A DNA stretch of 35,065 bases from Candidatus Muiribacteriota bacterium (GTDB taxonomy: Bacteria; Muiribacteriota; Muiribacteriia; Muiribacteriales; Muiribacteriaceae). The first letter of the stretch is position 1; each line of letters opens with the position of its first letter. The position numbers were made by a program, and so were the translations under genes. Where the stretch lies: NCBI GenBank assembly GCA_051747805.1, contig JBNJGP010000021.1:1-35065 (forward strand), given 5' to 3'. Below, in pieces: positions 9,001 through 17,153 of the stretch. The notes under the pieces are model-generated. The model had not been told where the DNA came from and did not search any database. It saw only the letters and a program-made list of their open reading frames with translations.

Positions 9001-10347
9001 ATTTCTACTAAAAGTAAATTACATGAAATAAAAATAAAAATTCAAAAAAATCCTGATAATTTATATCTTTTAAAAAATTACGCTTATTTAGCCGGTACAA
9101 TAAATCATAATGATGAGATTACCGAAAAAGTTGATGATTTATCTGAAGTAAAAGAAATTGTTGATAAATTTAATGAGATGATAGAAGAAAAGAAAGAAAA
9201 AGAGGAAGAAGAATTTAAAAAAGATATAGAGGAAAAAGAAGAGAAATATACCCAGGAAGACTTTAATAAAGCTTATGAAGATGAAAATTTTCAGAAAGCT
9301 GCAGAGGCGGCAATTTACATTGCTCAAAATAAAAATTCTGAATATTTTTTTCAGGCAGCCGAGATTTATGAGGGGATTCAAAGATATGAAGAGGCTGTTA
9401 AAAATTATAGAAACTTTATTTTAAAAAATCCGTCCCATAACAAGGCCAGCGAGGCCCAGTATAAAATAGGAATTTTAAATATTGCTATGAATAAACTTAA
9501 TCAAGCTTATTCTGAGTTTCAGAAATTTGTCAGGTATTTTCCGGAAGATGATATATACATGCCAAAGATAGAACAGAGAGTTGAACAAATAAAAACTGGC
9601 AGGGTTGAAAGGGACTTAGAAGAGCTTACAGTTCTTGATAGACGGCCGTCATATGATGAAGTGGATAGGTTTGCGGATATTTCGGACGACATTGATGAAA
9701 TAGAAAAAGAAATAAATCAAACTTCTGACCATATGCTGCTTTCAGTACTTTATGAAAAAAAAGGAGATGTTTATTTTGAGAATCTGGCAGATTACGAAAG
9801 TGCTGTTGATAATTATTTGGAGGCAATCAATTATAATTATGAAAATTCCTCTGCTGTTGAAAAAGCTGCTGAAAGCTATTTAGAGTTGAATGAATATGAA
9901 ATGGCCGTAAATCAGTACGAAGAATATTATGATATAATAATTGATTTTGAAGAAAGGGCGGAAATTAAGCTCAGCATTATTCAAATATATTTTGAAAATC
10001 TTAATGATTACAGTAGGGCGCTTGATGAAATTGAAATATTTATAAATGATTTTGATTATACAGAAGGTTATTATAAGGCTTTACTTTATAAAGGTTATAT
10101 TTATGAAAATCATTACAGAGATTATGAAAGAGCAGTTGAGGAATATAAAATTCTTGCAGAAAAATACGAAAGCGATTATTCTGCCGAGGCGCGTTTTAAT
10201 ATTGCCGAAATTTACAATAGATATTTTAGAAATTACACTGAGGCAAAAAAACACTATGAGCAGGTAATTAATGATTATGGAGTTTTTGAGCTTAGAGATA
10301 AAGCTGAGGAGGCGTTAAGACAACTACGTGATGATGGACGAATTTAA
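6016..10347 (+). CDS. Very large exported TPR/alpha-solenoid protein with BamD/CpoB-like TPRs near the C-terminus
   Basis: ATG 6016 gives the signal peptide MKELNKVYYLLIFVFIFSTSLFS (ORF open from 5983). Repeats such as 'YEEAVKNYRNFILKNPSHNKASEAQYKIG'. Confidence 0.75.
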   Translation: MKELNKVYYLLIFVFIFSTSLFSSEYNKIINIYIEKNDFESARRYMNLVKNFDEKLTVEQVLLDFKINKYFKKNRSEYLEYMRDNYTAYKYPELLREIIKLQSENYFNFEKLELLLKNTLKDFPENFNFSYFTTIPFYYSSGMNIMESNKYRLELKKYLKLYDDDFTSTAAQKYSFLMAFEFSKTDKASEMAKDFNFPFRDEFLWYLDFFYNNRENGINFKSFESNFFKVFFLFSNYYFNNSESLESLERLEVEKDFYYKELALAVAFEREKDFEKALYYYSRLDSIFELEEELENRVTASINRLKLNHSKEYWLRRIEELLEKHYFEKSFYLTEFLSEEKKIYYRARILFYYYNNYEKALNIINKSDISSIEIKYLKGEILFSSFQYEKAVSIFEDIALDQGSKYFESAVSKISDIYKIQKKYEKMEKFSVRLYEEHGQKIFVGNTFLNLIKAYIEIENFERASRVAEYLLYMFSSNEEIFNKAYQKLNEISSLKEMNKLSEKFNNYLRKIKSEAKKDEEEVSEETEKTEVKNDAEGEEKSIDEIKNEIIPILSRYIELFNKYSTFEEKRSFYEELINDSYEIENNTMRSIGIVGMAETAYKRFKDLDNILNYFYEMIKKSVRKDEENLDRATDFYQEIVSFLYEKDYIEESLQVIDNFYREFDENFEYTELIKRRVSLAIQIDDIDLSSLKIIAEQEPDYVDSFVMENEIFSDEKIVKANFFKKLNRSSEKYKEFNELDKTDEIFEFYKNNQLFKKISEDYGIFINEFSDSYEVYHTCREALHEVEDMTGLENVLILGLNRFDREFVRDFDKEIILSYSIENHPYEKTLSLFETFSPLSSNLLKELSLSEFSKEGVEEIFNYNKQSEFLQTYLCDIYLQNGNTKKLEKISTINEELFIKILNHYKNKQDYILFEHFYNIASNNIQEKYKEVYETYMEYIELKNRFNNVILDNYTIAYTLIDKAMYLNLYGEALDFVYVIENITNQDLSQKEQEISTKSKLHEIKIKIQKNPDNLYLLKNYAYLAGTINHNDEITEKVDDLSEVKEIVDKFNEMIEEKKEKEEEEFKKDIEEKEEKYTQEDFNKAYEDENFQKAAEAAIYIAQNKNSEYFFQAAEIYEGIQRYEEAVKNYRNFILKNPSHNKASEAQYKIGILNIAMNKLNQAYSEFQKFVRYFPEDDIYMPKIEQRVEQIKTGRVERDLEELTVLDRRPSYDEVDRFADISDDIDEIEKEINQTSDHMLLSVLYEKKGDVYFENLADYESAVDNYLEAINYNYENSSAVEKAAESYLELNEYEMAVNQYEEYYDIIIDFEERAEIKLSIIQIYFENLNDYSRALDEIEIFINDFDYTEGYYKALLYKGYIYENHYRDYERAVEEYKILAEKYESDYSAEARFNIAEIYNRYFRNYTEAKKHYEQVINDYGVFELRDKAEEALRQLRDDGRI

Positions 10348-11542
10348 GAGAAAGAAAAATTTTTTTATAGTTCTACTTCTTGTTTTTGCAAACGGATTTT
10401 TCCTTTCGATTTTTCTTTTTAGTATATTTTTCATTTCTGATATTGTTATTATTTTCTGGACCGGAATTCTTTATTTGATAATTTCATTATTTGTAATCTG
10501 GTTTTATATAAAAAAATTTAAAAAATTTTTAAAAAGAGATAAGGAGCAAAACAAAAATTTTAAAAAAAAACCATCTGTTGTATTAATTGGAGGAGGAACC
10601 GGTCTATCGACAATATTAAGAGGAATAAAAAATTTTGCAGCTTATGACCATTCAAATATAAGTGCTATTGTGACAGTTGCTGACGATGGAGGTAGCTCTG
10701 GAAAACTTAGAAAAGAAATGGATATTATTGCTCCTGGTGATTTAAGAAACTGTATAGTTGCGCTTTCTAAAGAAGAAAATCTTTTATCAAGACTTTTTTC
10801 ATACAGATTTAAAACCGAAGGAGAACTATCAGGACACTCTTTTGGAAATTTATTTCTTGTTGCACTTGCAAAACTTAATAATGGAGATTTTGACAAGGCG
10901 GTTAAAACCGCCTGTGATATTCTTGCAGTTAAAGGCAAAATTATACCAGCAGCATTATCAAGTATAAATATCGGAGCAAAACTTCATAATGGTGAAATTT
11001 TAAAAGGGGAATCAAATATTTCTCAAAGAAATAAATCGGCAAATATTTCTGAGATGTTTTTTGAACCTGAAAACATAAAGGCTAATTATGAGGCGGTTAA
11101 GGCAATCAACAAGGCAGATGTTATTGTTATGGGTCCGGGTTCTCTTTATACTTCAATTATTCCTAATTTGTTATTTCCGGGGATCAGGGAGGCTATTAAA
11201 AAAAGTAATGCAATTAAAGTTTATGTATCAAATATTATGACACAACCTGGTGAAACAGATAATTTTTCAGTAACTGATCATATAAAGGTTATGGATAAAT
11301 ATATACCCGGAGTTATAAATTATGCGGTTGTTAATAAAGGTGAAATGAGTTATAATTTACTTCAGAAATATAAGCTTGAAAGTTCTTATCCGGTTGAATG
11401 CGATTTACAGGAACTACGTAAAATGAATATAATACCAGTATCTGAAAATATTCTTATGCAGGGGGACTATTTCAGACATAATCCAGACAAGCTTGCAAAA
11501 ATAATAATTAGACTTGTCGAGGAGTATGGAAAAATTAAATGA
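10331..11542 (+). CDS. yvcK: YvcK/UPF0052 (CofD-like, GlmR-type) protein with N-terminal membrane segments
   Basis: 'IGGGTGLS', 'VTVADDGGSSG', 'PGDLRNC', 'GHSFGNL', 'GPGSLYTSIIPNL' and 'NIMTQPGET' motifs. Start could be 10328, 10331 or 10334. Confidence 0.9.
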   Translation: MMDEFKRKKNFFIVLLLVFANGFFLSIFLFSIFFISDIVIIFWTGILYLIISLFVIWFYIKKFKKFLKRDKEQNKNFKKKPSVVLIGGGTGLSTILRGIKNFAAYDHSNISAIVTVADDGGSSGKLRKEMDIIAPGDLRNCIVALSKEENLLSRLFSYRFKTEGELSGHSFGNLFLVALAKLNNGDFDKAVKTACDILAVKGKIIPAALSSINIGAKLHNGEILKGESNISQRNKSANISEMFFEPENIKANYEAVKAINKADVIVMGPGSLYTSIIPNLLFPGIREAIKKSNAIKVYVSNIMTQPGETDNFSVTDHIKVMDKYIPGVINYAVVNKGEMSYNLLQKYKLESSYPVECDLQELRKMNIIPVSENILMQGDYFRHNPDKLAKIIIRLVEEYGKIK

Positions 11543-12393
11543 AGAAAAAAATTTTAATAATATTATTTATTATTCTCTCGATTATACTTTCTTTTCTTTT
11601 TGATAAAAATATTAAAGAAAAAAATAGAGAAAATATCGAAACTAACTTAAATATTATTGCCAGAAAAACAAGAAATGAAATTACTAATACCAGGGAACTT
11701 CTCGGTACAGTTACGAGTTTTCCTCAATTCAGAGATTTTAATGTTGAACAAATGGAAGAAATACTTACCACATTAATTCAAAAACACCGTGAAATTAAGG
11801 CTTTATATATTATAGATAAGTATGGGGAACAGTCAGCAAATATAACACAATTTCCCGATATATATCTTGATAGAAGTAGCCATATATGGTTTGCAGATAT
11901 TGTTAAAGGGAATCACAGCGGCTTTATATCAGATGTGAATTTTATTGGTAAAGCTAAAAGCCCTAGTATTACTATGGCAGTTTTAATGAGAGATGAGGAT
12001 TTTGAAATAAATGGTATGATAGCGGCTGAGATTGATGTTGCCTATATATTTCAGCATAAAATTAATTTTCCAGAACTCTCCTGGCTTTCCAGAATTTTTG
12101 TAACAAACAATAATTTTGAAATAATTTATGATTCTGAGCAAAATTCATTTCAGGGATTAAAAATTGATATTGATATATTAGATAAAATTTCATCAAATAA
12201 TAATCTAAGTATATACAGCCATGACCTTACCAGATTAAGGCTTAGGAATATTCCGGAGTGGAGAGTTATTTTTTTAACTGATAATTTCCAGAATAATTTT
12301 GAAATTTATTTTAATAAAGTAATAATAATTTTATTATTAGTTCCTTTTTTAATTTTTGTTTTTCCTGGTTTTAAAAATGCAAAAAGAAATTAA
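11539..12393 (+). CDS. Membrane-anchored Cache (dCache-like) sensor domain protein with no cytoplasmic output domain
   Basis: N- and C-terminal TM helices; 'LYIIDKYG', 'DRSSHIWF', 'FISDV', 'ITMAV' and 'GMIAAEID' pattern of Cache domains. Confidence 0.7.
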   Translation: MKKKILIILFIILSIILSFLFDKNIKEKNRENIETNLNIIARKTRNEITNTRELLGTVTSFPQFRDFNVEQMEEILTTLIQKHREIKALYIIDKYGEQSANITQFPDIYLDRSSHIWFADIVKGNHSGFISDVNFIGKAKSPSITMAVLMRDEDFEINGMIAAEIDVAYIFQHKINFPELSWLSRIFVTNNNFEIIYDSEQNSFQGLKIDIDILDKISSNNNLSIYSHDLTRLRLRNIPEWRVIFLTDNFQNNFEIYFNKVIIILLLVPFLIFVFPGFKNAKRN

Positions 12394-12778
12394 ACTTAAA
12401 GCAGAGCCTTCAGCTTTGAAAAAAATAAGAGATTTTATAAAATTTTTTTTTGAACATATAAAATTTAATAATGCTTTAATTGAAAATGATTTAAAACTGG
12501 CTGCTGTGGAGCTTGCGGCTAATATCATAAAACATGCAACAGGATCAAACTCTTTTCTTATAAGGCTGCAGAAAGAAAAAGAATTAATAAAACTTTTTTT
12601 CATATATGAGGATATTTTTTTTAAACAGCCGGAAGAGATTTTCAGTAAAGATGAACTCAGGGAAAATGGTTTTGGTATTTATCTTGTTAAAAAATTATGT
12701 GATAAACTTGATTTTAAATATGAAAAAAAAAGAGGGAAGGTTATAGTCAGTGCTGAAAAAAGATTATTATCTGAATGA
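12377..12778 (+). CDS. RsbW/SpoIIAB-like anti-sigma factor Ser/Thr kinase (HATPase_c)
   Basis: N-box 'LAAVELAANIIKHA' and G2 region 'RENGFGIYLVKKLCD'; in-frame ATG at 12377. Confidence 0.85.
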   Translation: MQKEIKLKAEPSALKKIRDFIKFFFEHIKFNNALIENDLKLAAVELAANIIKHATGSNSFLIRLQKEKELIKLFFIYEDIFFKQPEEIFSKDELRENGFGIYLVKKLCDKLDFKYEKKRGKVIVSAEKRLLSE

Positions 12779-13781
12779 TTTTGATTATTATTTACCGCAG
12801 GAATTAATTGCCCAGAAACCTCTTGGCGATAGAAAAAGTTCGCGTATGCTGGTGTTGGATAAAAATAAAAAAACTTTTTTTGAAACTTCCTTTAAAAATT
12901 TACCCGATATAATAAGTCCAGAATATTTAATGGTTTTCAATAATACACGTGTTTTAAAGGCCAGATTATTCGTAAAAAAAGAAACTGGCGCAAGAATCGA
13001 AATTTTTTTACTTAAAAAAAATAAAAGAGGCTGGGAAGTTCTTGCAAAGCCCGGCAAAAAATTAAAAGTTGGACAAGAAGCTTTTTTAAATAAAGATTAT
13101 AAAATTAAAGTGCTTGAACAACTCGAAGATGGTGTAAAACTTATTAAATTTACTCCTGAAATAAAAATAGAAGATATAAATAAGTTTGGTAAAATACCAC
13201 TTCCGCCGTATATTAAAGAAGAACTTCAAAATGCAGAAAGATATCAGACAGTTTTTTCTTCCAGGGTAAATTCAAGTGCGGCTCCTACAGCCGGGCTTCA
13301 TTTTGATAATGAAATTTTTGAAAAACTTTCAAATAAAAATATTCAAAAAACATTTATAAACCTTGGAATAGGACTAGGAACTTTTAAGCCTTTAAAAGAA
13401 AAAAAAGTATCAGATAATAAATTACATACTGAAGAATACTATATCTCAAAAGAAACTGTACATAAATTACATAATCATAAAAAGCATAATAATGGTAAAG
13501 TTCTTGCGGTTGGTACAACAACTGTAAGAACCCTTGAAACAAATATTAAAAAATATGGTATAATTAAAGAAGGGGAAGATAAAACAAATATATTTATTTA
13601 TCCGGGCTTTAAATTTAAAATCACAGACGCGCTACTTACGAATTTTCATCTCCCAGAATCATCTCTGCTTATGATGATTTGTGCTTTTGCCGGATATGAT
13701 TTTGTTATGGAAGCATATAAATATGCTGTAAAAGAAAAGTTCAGATTCTTTTCTTTTGGTGATTGTATGCTTATTATATAA
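12750..13781 (+). CDS. queA: S-adenosylmethionine:tRNA ribosyltransferase-isomerase
   Basis: 'FDYYLPQELIAQ', 'PLPPYI', 'RYQTVF', 'AAPTAGLHF', 'VGTTTVRTLE', 'TNFHLPES' and 'RFFSFGD' motifs; GTG start. Confidence 0.97.
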   Translation: MLKKDYYLNDFDYYLPQELIAQKPLGDRKSSRMLVLDKNKKTFFETSFKNLPDIISPEYLMVFNNTRVLKARLFVKKETGARIEIFLLKKNKRGWEVLAKPGKKLKVGQEAFLNKDYKIKVLEQLEDGVKLIKFTPEIKIEDINKFGKIPLPPYIKEELQNAERYQTVFSSRVNSSAAPTAGLHFDNEIFEKLSNKNIQKTFINLGIGLGTFKPLKEKKVSDNKLHTEEYYISKETVHKLHNHKKHNNGKVLAVGTTTVRTLETNIKKYGIIKEGEDKTNIFIYPGFKFKITDALLTNFHLPESSLLMMICAFAGYDFVMEAYKYAVKEKFRFFSFGDCMLII

Positions 13782-13805
13782 AACGTTGTTGGGGGGAGGT
13801 TTTTT

Positions 13806-15644
13806 ATGTTTTTTAAAAAAAGAGGAATTTTTCTGCCTCTTGTATTATTTTTGCTTCTTGTGCTTGCCATGCTTGGGTATATGTTTAATCGTATTACTCA
13901 ATCTGAATTCAGACAGGCTTATTTTATGTCAGATATGATGAGGGCGCAGTTTATTGCTGAAGCAGTAATGCATGAAATACTGGCAGAATCCAGGGCTAAA
14001 ATGAACAATGAGCTTAGAGATACTTTTATTGATGGAGGTCAGTTAAGTCTTGGGGATATTGGAAAATATGATAATTTTTATGATGATTTTGATAATTTAG
14101 AGGGTGATGCAACAACCAATCCGGTAAGTTTTAAAGTTGACTATTTTGCAGAATGTACAAACATTAATCAGTTTAATTCTACAGGTGATATATTAGGAAC
14201 TTTAAATATAGTAGTTGAGGCAGATGTCAATTCTGTTAATCGTAGAATAAGAACAAGCTGGGATTATAAAGTAGTTGACACAAGACCAGTTGGAAATGAA
14301 TATACATTTATGGTTGGAAGATCAGATAGCAATTCTTTTAATCATTCTAATCATTTTTTTGTTAACGCAGAAGATTCTGCTGGTATATCAATTGGGGGTG
14401 AGGCTGTTATTGACCTTCATAAACATTATAATACTAAAGGCGAATATGATTTAAGTAACTGGGCTCTTCATCAGAATATGAACAGTGAACAATCACTTAT
14501 TCCGGGTGGTAGCGATGATGGTAGGACTCAGATTTCGCAGGCGGCTGATGTAGAAAACAATGAACCTTATGAAAGTAGCCTAACTGGTCAAAATAGAAAT
14601 TCTGCTGTTGTTGACGGCAGCGACCCTTTTCCTTCAGATTATGAGCAGGAACATATGATGGATTGCAATGGCGGTACGGAAACTGTGGATTTTCCTTCAA
14701 AATTGCAGAATGAAGGGTGGTTTACTTTTAATACGGGGTATAAAAATGGTAATCCATATACACATTTTTTTGGTAGAAATGTAGAGTACAGTAATGTTGA
14801 TACGTATGGTAATATTCAGAAAAGATATACTGTATATAATGAAAAATGGACAAATTCTGAGCCTATTATGGGATGGAATCCTCAAAAACCAGGTACACCT
14901 GAATGTGATGAAGTGCCGAAATATAAGATTCCTATACCCTGTCAAATACACATGAATGCAAATGACTGGACACCTGGTGATACGTGGAAAGTTGATGTGT
15001 GGGAAGAAGCTGTGTTAAAGGATTATAAAACACAGGATTCAAATTTTAATTCAAGTGCTGTCTGGCAAGGCGAACAGACTTCTGTTGATTTAAATTTAAA
15101 AGGTAATTTTTCAGATTATAAAAAGACAGCAACCAGATATGTAGAGGATTTTCCAAGTGATAGATGGGATACATTTTTAGCCCCCGGCTCAAAGAACATG
15201 TATCTTGAGGGAGTTGTTGCAACAGATAATGCAACAGTTGAAACTGGGAATTATTTTAAAACTCCCGGTATGATTGTTGCAGAAAAAAATATTGAAGTTA
15301 ATTCTTCTTTAGAACCAGATGGAAAGTTAAGCTATGAAAGCGGCGAGTTTTTTAAACAAATTAATGTCTTGTCTCTTGTCGGATTCAACACAATTACGAA
15401 TGATAATTCGAAAAAAGAAGGAACAGGTTTTTATTCTGAAAATAATTTTAATAGCAATATGGATATTAATGGTAATATTACAATAAAAAACCTGAATGGG
15501 GCGAAGCAGTTTGAGGGAGGATTAACTTATGATACAACTTTAGCTTCTTCAGACTTTACAGTGGATGGTGATAAAAGTTATGTTGTTTCTCTTTCGCCTA
15601 TTCCATCATCGTTTATTATTTTAAATAATATGGAAGATAGATAA
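13806..15644 (+). CDS. PilX/GspK-like minor pilin with a large C-terminal domain
   Basis: Prepilin leader KKRG|IFLPL lacking Glu5, hydrophobic helix, 'RAQFIAEA' PilX-like motif; GGAGG RBS. Confidence 0.7.
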   Translation: MFFKKRGIFLPLVLFLLLVLAMLGYMFNRITQSEFRQAYFMSDMMRAQFIAEAVMHEILAESRAKMNNELRDTFIDGGQLSLGDIGKYDNFYDDFDNLEGDATTNPVSFKVDYFAECTNINQFNSTGDILGTLNIVVEADVNSVNRRIRTSWDYKVVDTRPVGNEYTFMVGRSDSNSFNHSNHFFVNAEDSAGISIGGEAVIDLHKHYNTKGEYDLSNWALHQNMNSEQSLIPGGSDDGRTQISQAADVENNEPYESSLTGQNRNSAVVDGSDPFPSDYEQEHMMDCNGGTETVDFPSKLQNEGWFTFNTGYKNGNPYTHFFGRNVEYSNVDTYGNIQKRYTVYNEKWTNSEPIMGWNPQKPGTPECDEVPKYKIPIPCQIHMNANDWTPGDTWKVDVWEEAVLKDYKTQDSNFNSSAVWQGEQTSVDLNLKGNFSDYKKTATRYVEDFPSDRWDTFLAPGSKNMYLEGVVATDNATVETGNYFKTPGMIVAEKNIEVNSSLEPDGKLSYESGEFFKQINVLSLVGFNTITNDNSKKEGTGFYSENNFNSNMDINGNITIKNLNGAKQFEGGLTYDTTLASSDFTVDGDKSYVVSLSPIPSSFIILNNMEDR

Positions 15645-15653
15645 GGGGGGATT

Positions 15654-16109
15654 ATGAATAAAAAAGCATTTTCATTGGCAGAAATAATGATTGCAATAGT
15701 AATTTTTTTTATGGGAATTACAGGAATTTATTATCTTTTTTCCCAGGGAACAGTTCAGCTTGATAAAGCTTCTTATGTAACTATAGCAACAATGATTGCC
15801 AAGGGTGAAATAGATAGAATTAAAACAGGGGAATATTATGTTATAGAAAATGATAGCGAGGCATTGAATATATCCAGTTCCTGGGAGCAAATCACATCAG
15901 ATAGTAAATGGTTTGATATGTATGAAATTCCAGAGGAGTATCATGACAGATTTGAAAAAAAGGTTTATATAGAAGAAGTTATAGATAACAGACTTAAAAA
16001 AGTTATTGTGTCAATAAGATGGTTTGAAGTAGTTAAATCTGAAGAAAAATACAGACAGTTTAATTATCCGACGTTTATTTCAAACACAAGACCGTACATA
16101 TATTTTTAG
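15654..16109 (+). CDS. PilV/GspI-like minor pilin
   Basis: Prepilin site KKA|FSLAE with Glu5; C-terminal 'LKKVIVSIRW' strand. Confidence 0.8.
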   Translation: MNKKAFSLAEIMIAIVIFFMGITGIYYLFSQGTVQLDKASYVTIATMIAKGEIDRIKTGEYYVIENDSEALNISSSWEQITSDSKWFDMYEIPEEYHDRFEKKVYIEEVIDNRLKKVIVSIRWFEVVKSEEKYRQFNYPTFISNTRPYIYF

Positions 16110-16118
16110 GGGGAATTT

Positions 16119-16754
16119 ATGTTTAAAAATAAAAAAGGGATTACACTTATAGAGTTAATGATAGTGCTGGCTATTGGCGGGTTGCTTCTGCTTATTTTAT
16201 ATAATTTTTTTATTGGGGCTATGAGACGCCAGCATTATAAAGGTATAAAACAGCATTTGCAGCAGGAAGCCAGATTTATTACTGAAAGATTTTTTATGGA
16301 CGTTATGGGAGCGCATAAAGTTATAAAAGCCGGTGATAATGAAATAGAACTCCAGATTTATACAGAAGTTCCCTCTGACTCCGAATTGCTTTATGATTCT
16401 GATGTATCAACAGTTACCTATAGTTTTTTGCCTTCAGATAGAGTGGTTGAACGAACTTTTGCGGGAAGGACACGCAGTTATCAGAATATACAGGATATTA
16501 ATTTTAAATATCTGGGTGTTGAGTTTAATGAAAGTGAAAAAATTTTTGAGTTGGAGGAAGAAAGTGATTTAGAGGATATTATCGGAGTTGTTATGAAAGT
16601 TCATTTTCAACGTTCTGATGAAGAGCATAGAAAAGAACCAGAAAAATTTGAAGTTATTATGTCTTCTTTTTTAAAAACGCGTAATGAGCTTAAACGATTT
16701 GGTATTACCAGTCCATATGGTTATTTTTCTTCGCTTGAGGATAATTCTTTTTGA
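16119..16754 (+). CDS. PilW/GspJ-like minor pilin
   Basis: Prepilin site KKG|ITLIE with Glu5; 'LQQEAR...DVMGA' helix pattern. Confidence 0.8.
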   Translation: MFKNKKGITLIELMIVLAIGGLLLLILYNFFIGAMRRQHYKGIKQHLQQEARFITERFFMDVMGAHKVIKAGDNEIELQIYTEVPSDSELLYDSDVSTVTYSFLPSDRVVERTFAGRTRSYQNIQDINFKYLGVEFNESEKIFELEEESDLEDIIGVVMKVHFQRSDEEHRKEPEKFEVIMSSFLKTRNELKRFGITSPYGYFSSLEDNSF

Positions 16755-16993
16755 ATTTTTTTTGAGCAGTTAAATATTGTTTTAAAAACTGTTTTAATAT
16801 ATTTTTGAAAAAATGTAGATTCAGGAGCATATTTTTTTAATAAAAAATCTTCATATTTTCGCCTGTAAATTGTTTTGTTTTCTTTCTGCTTTAGTTTTTG
16901 AATTTTTTTTACAATAAAAAATCTTTTTCGCAGAAGCTTTATTATTTTTAAATCTATAGAAATGATTTTAAATCTAAATTTGTATAAATTCAT
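16721..16993 (-). CDS. Chorismate mutase type II (AroQ)-like protein, divergent
   Basis: R7, R24, K35, E48 and S77xxxQ81 follow the spacing of E. coli CM residues R11, R28, K39, E52 and S84/Q88. The 3' end overlaps the pilin gene by 34 nt. Confidence 0.65.
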   Translation of the reverse strand: MNLYKFRFKIISIDLKIIKLLRKRFFIVKKIQKLKQKENKTIYRRKYEDFLLKKYAPESTFFQKYIKTVFKTIFNCSKKIQKELSSSEEK

Positions 16994-17117
16994 AAAAATA
17001 GTTTATCATATTAATGGAGTTTAGTAAATTCTGACTTAATATTCCCAGTGATATTATCTTTAATTGCATATAGAAGATCCTGGTTTTTAAATTTTATTTA
17101 GAATTAATGATAAAAAT

Positions 17118-17146
17118 TTGATTTTTTGGAGTTGATATAATAAAAT
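17118..17146 (+). promoter_or_regulatory. Putative sigma70 promoter of accD
   Basis: TTGATT (17118-17123), 17-nt spacer, TAAAAT (17141-17146); an overlapping extended -10 TGATATAAT lies at 17133-17141. Confidence 0.55.
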
Positions 17147-17153
17147 AAATTTC

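Noticed and set aside
12369..12377. Slippery TTTTAAAAA as a programmed frameshift fusing the Cache and RsbW-like ORFs
   Set aside because: The motif is -1 type but fusion needs +1. Such runs are common in this sequence, and the kinase has its own ATG.
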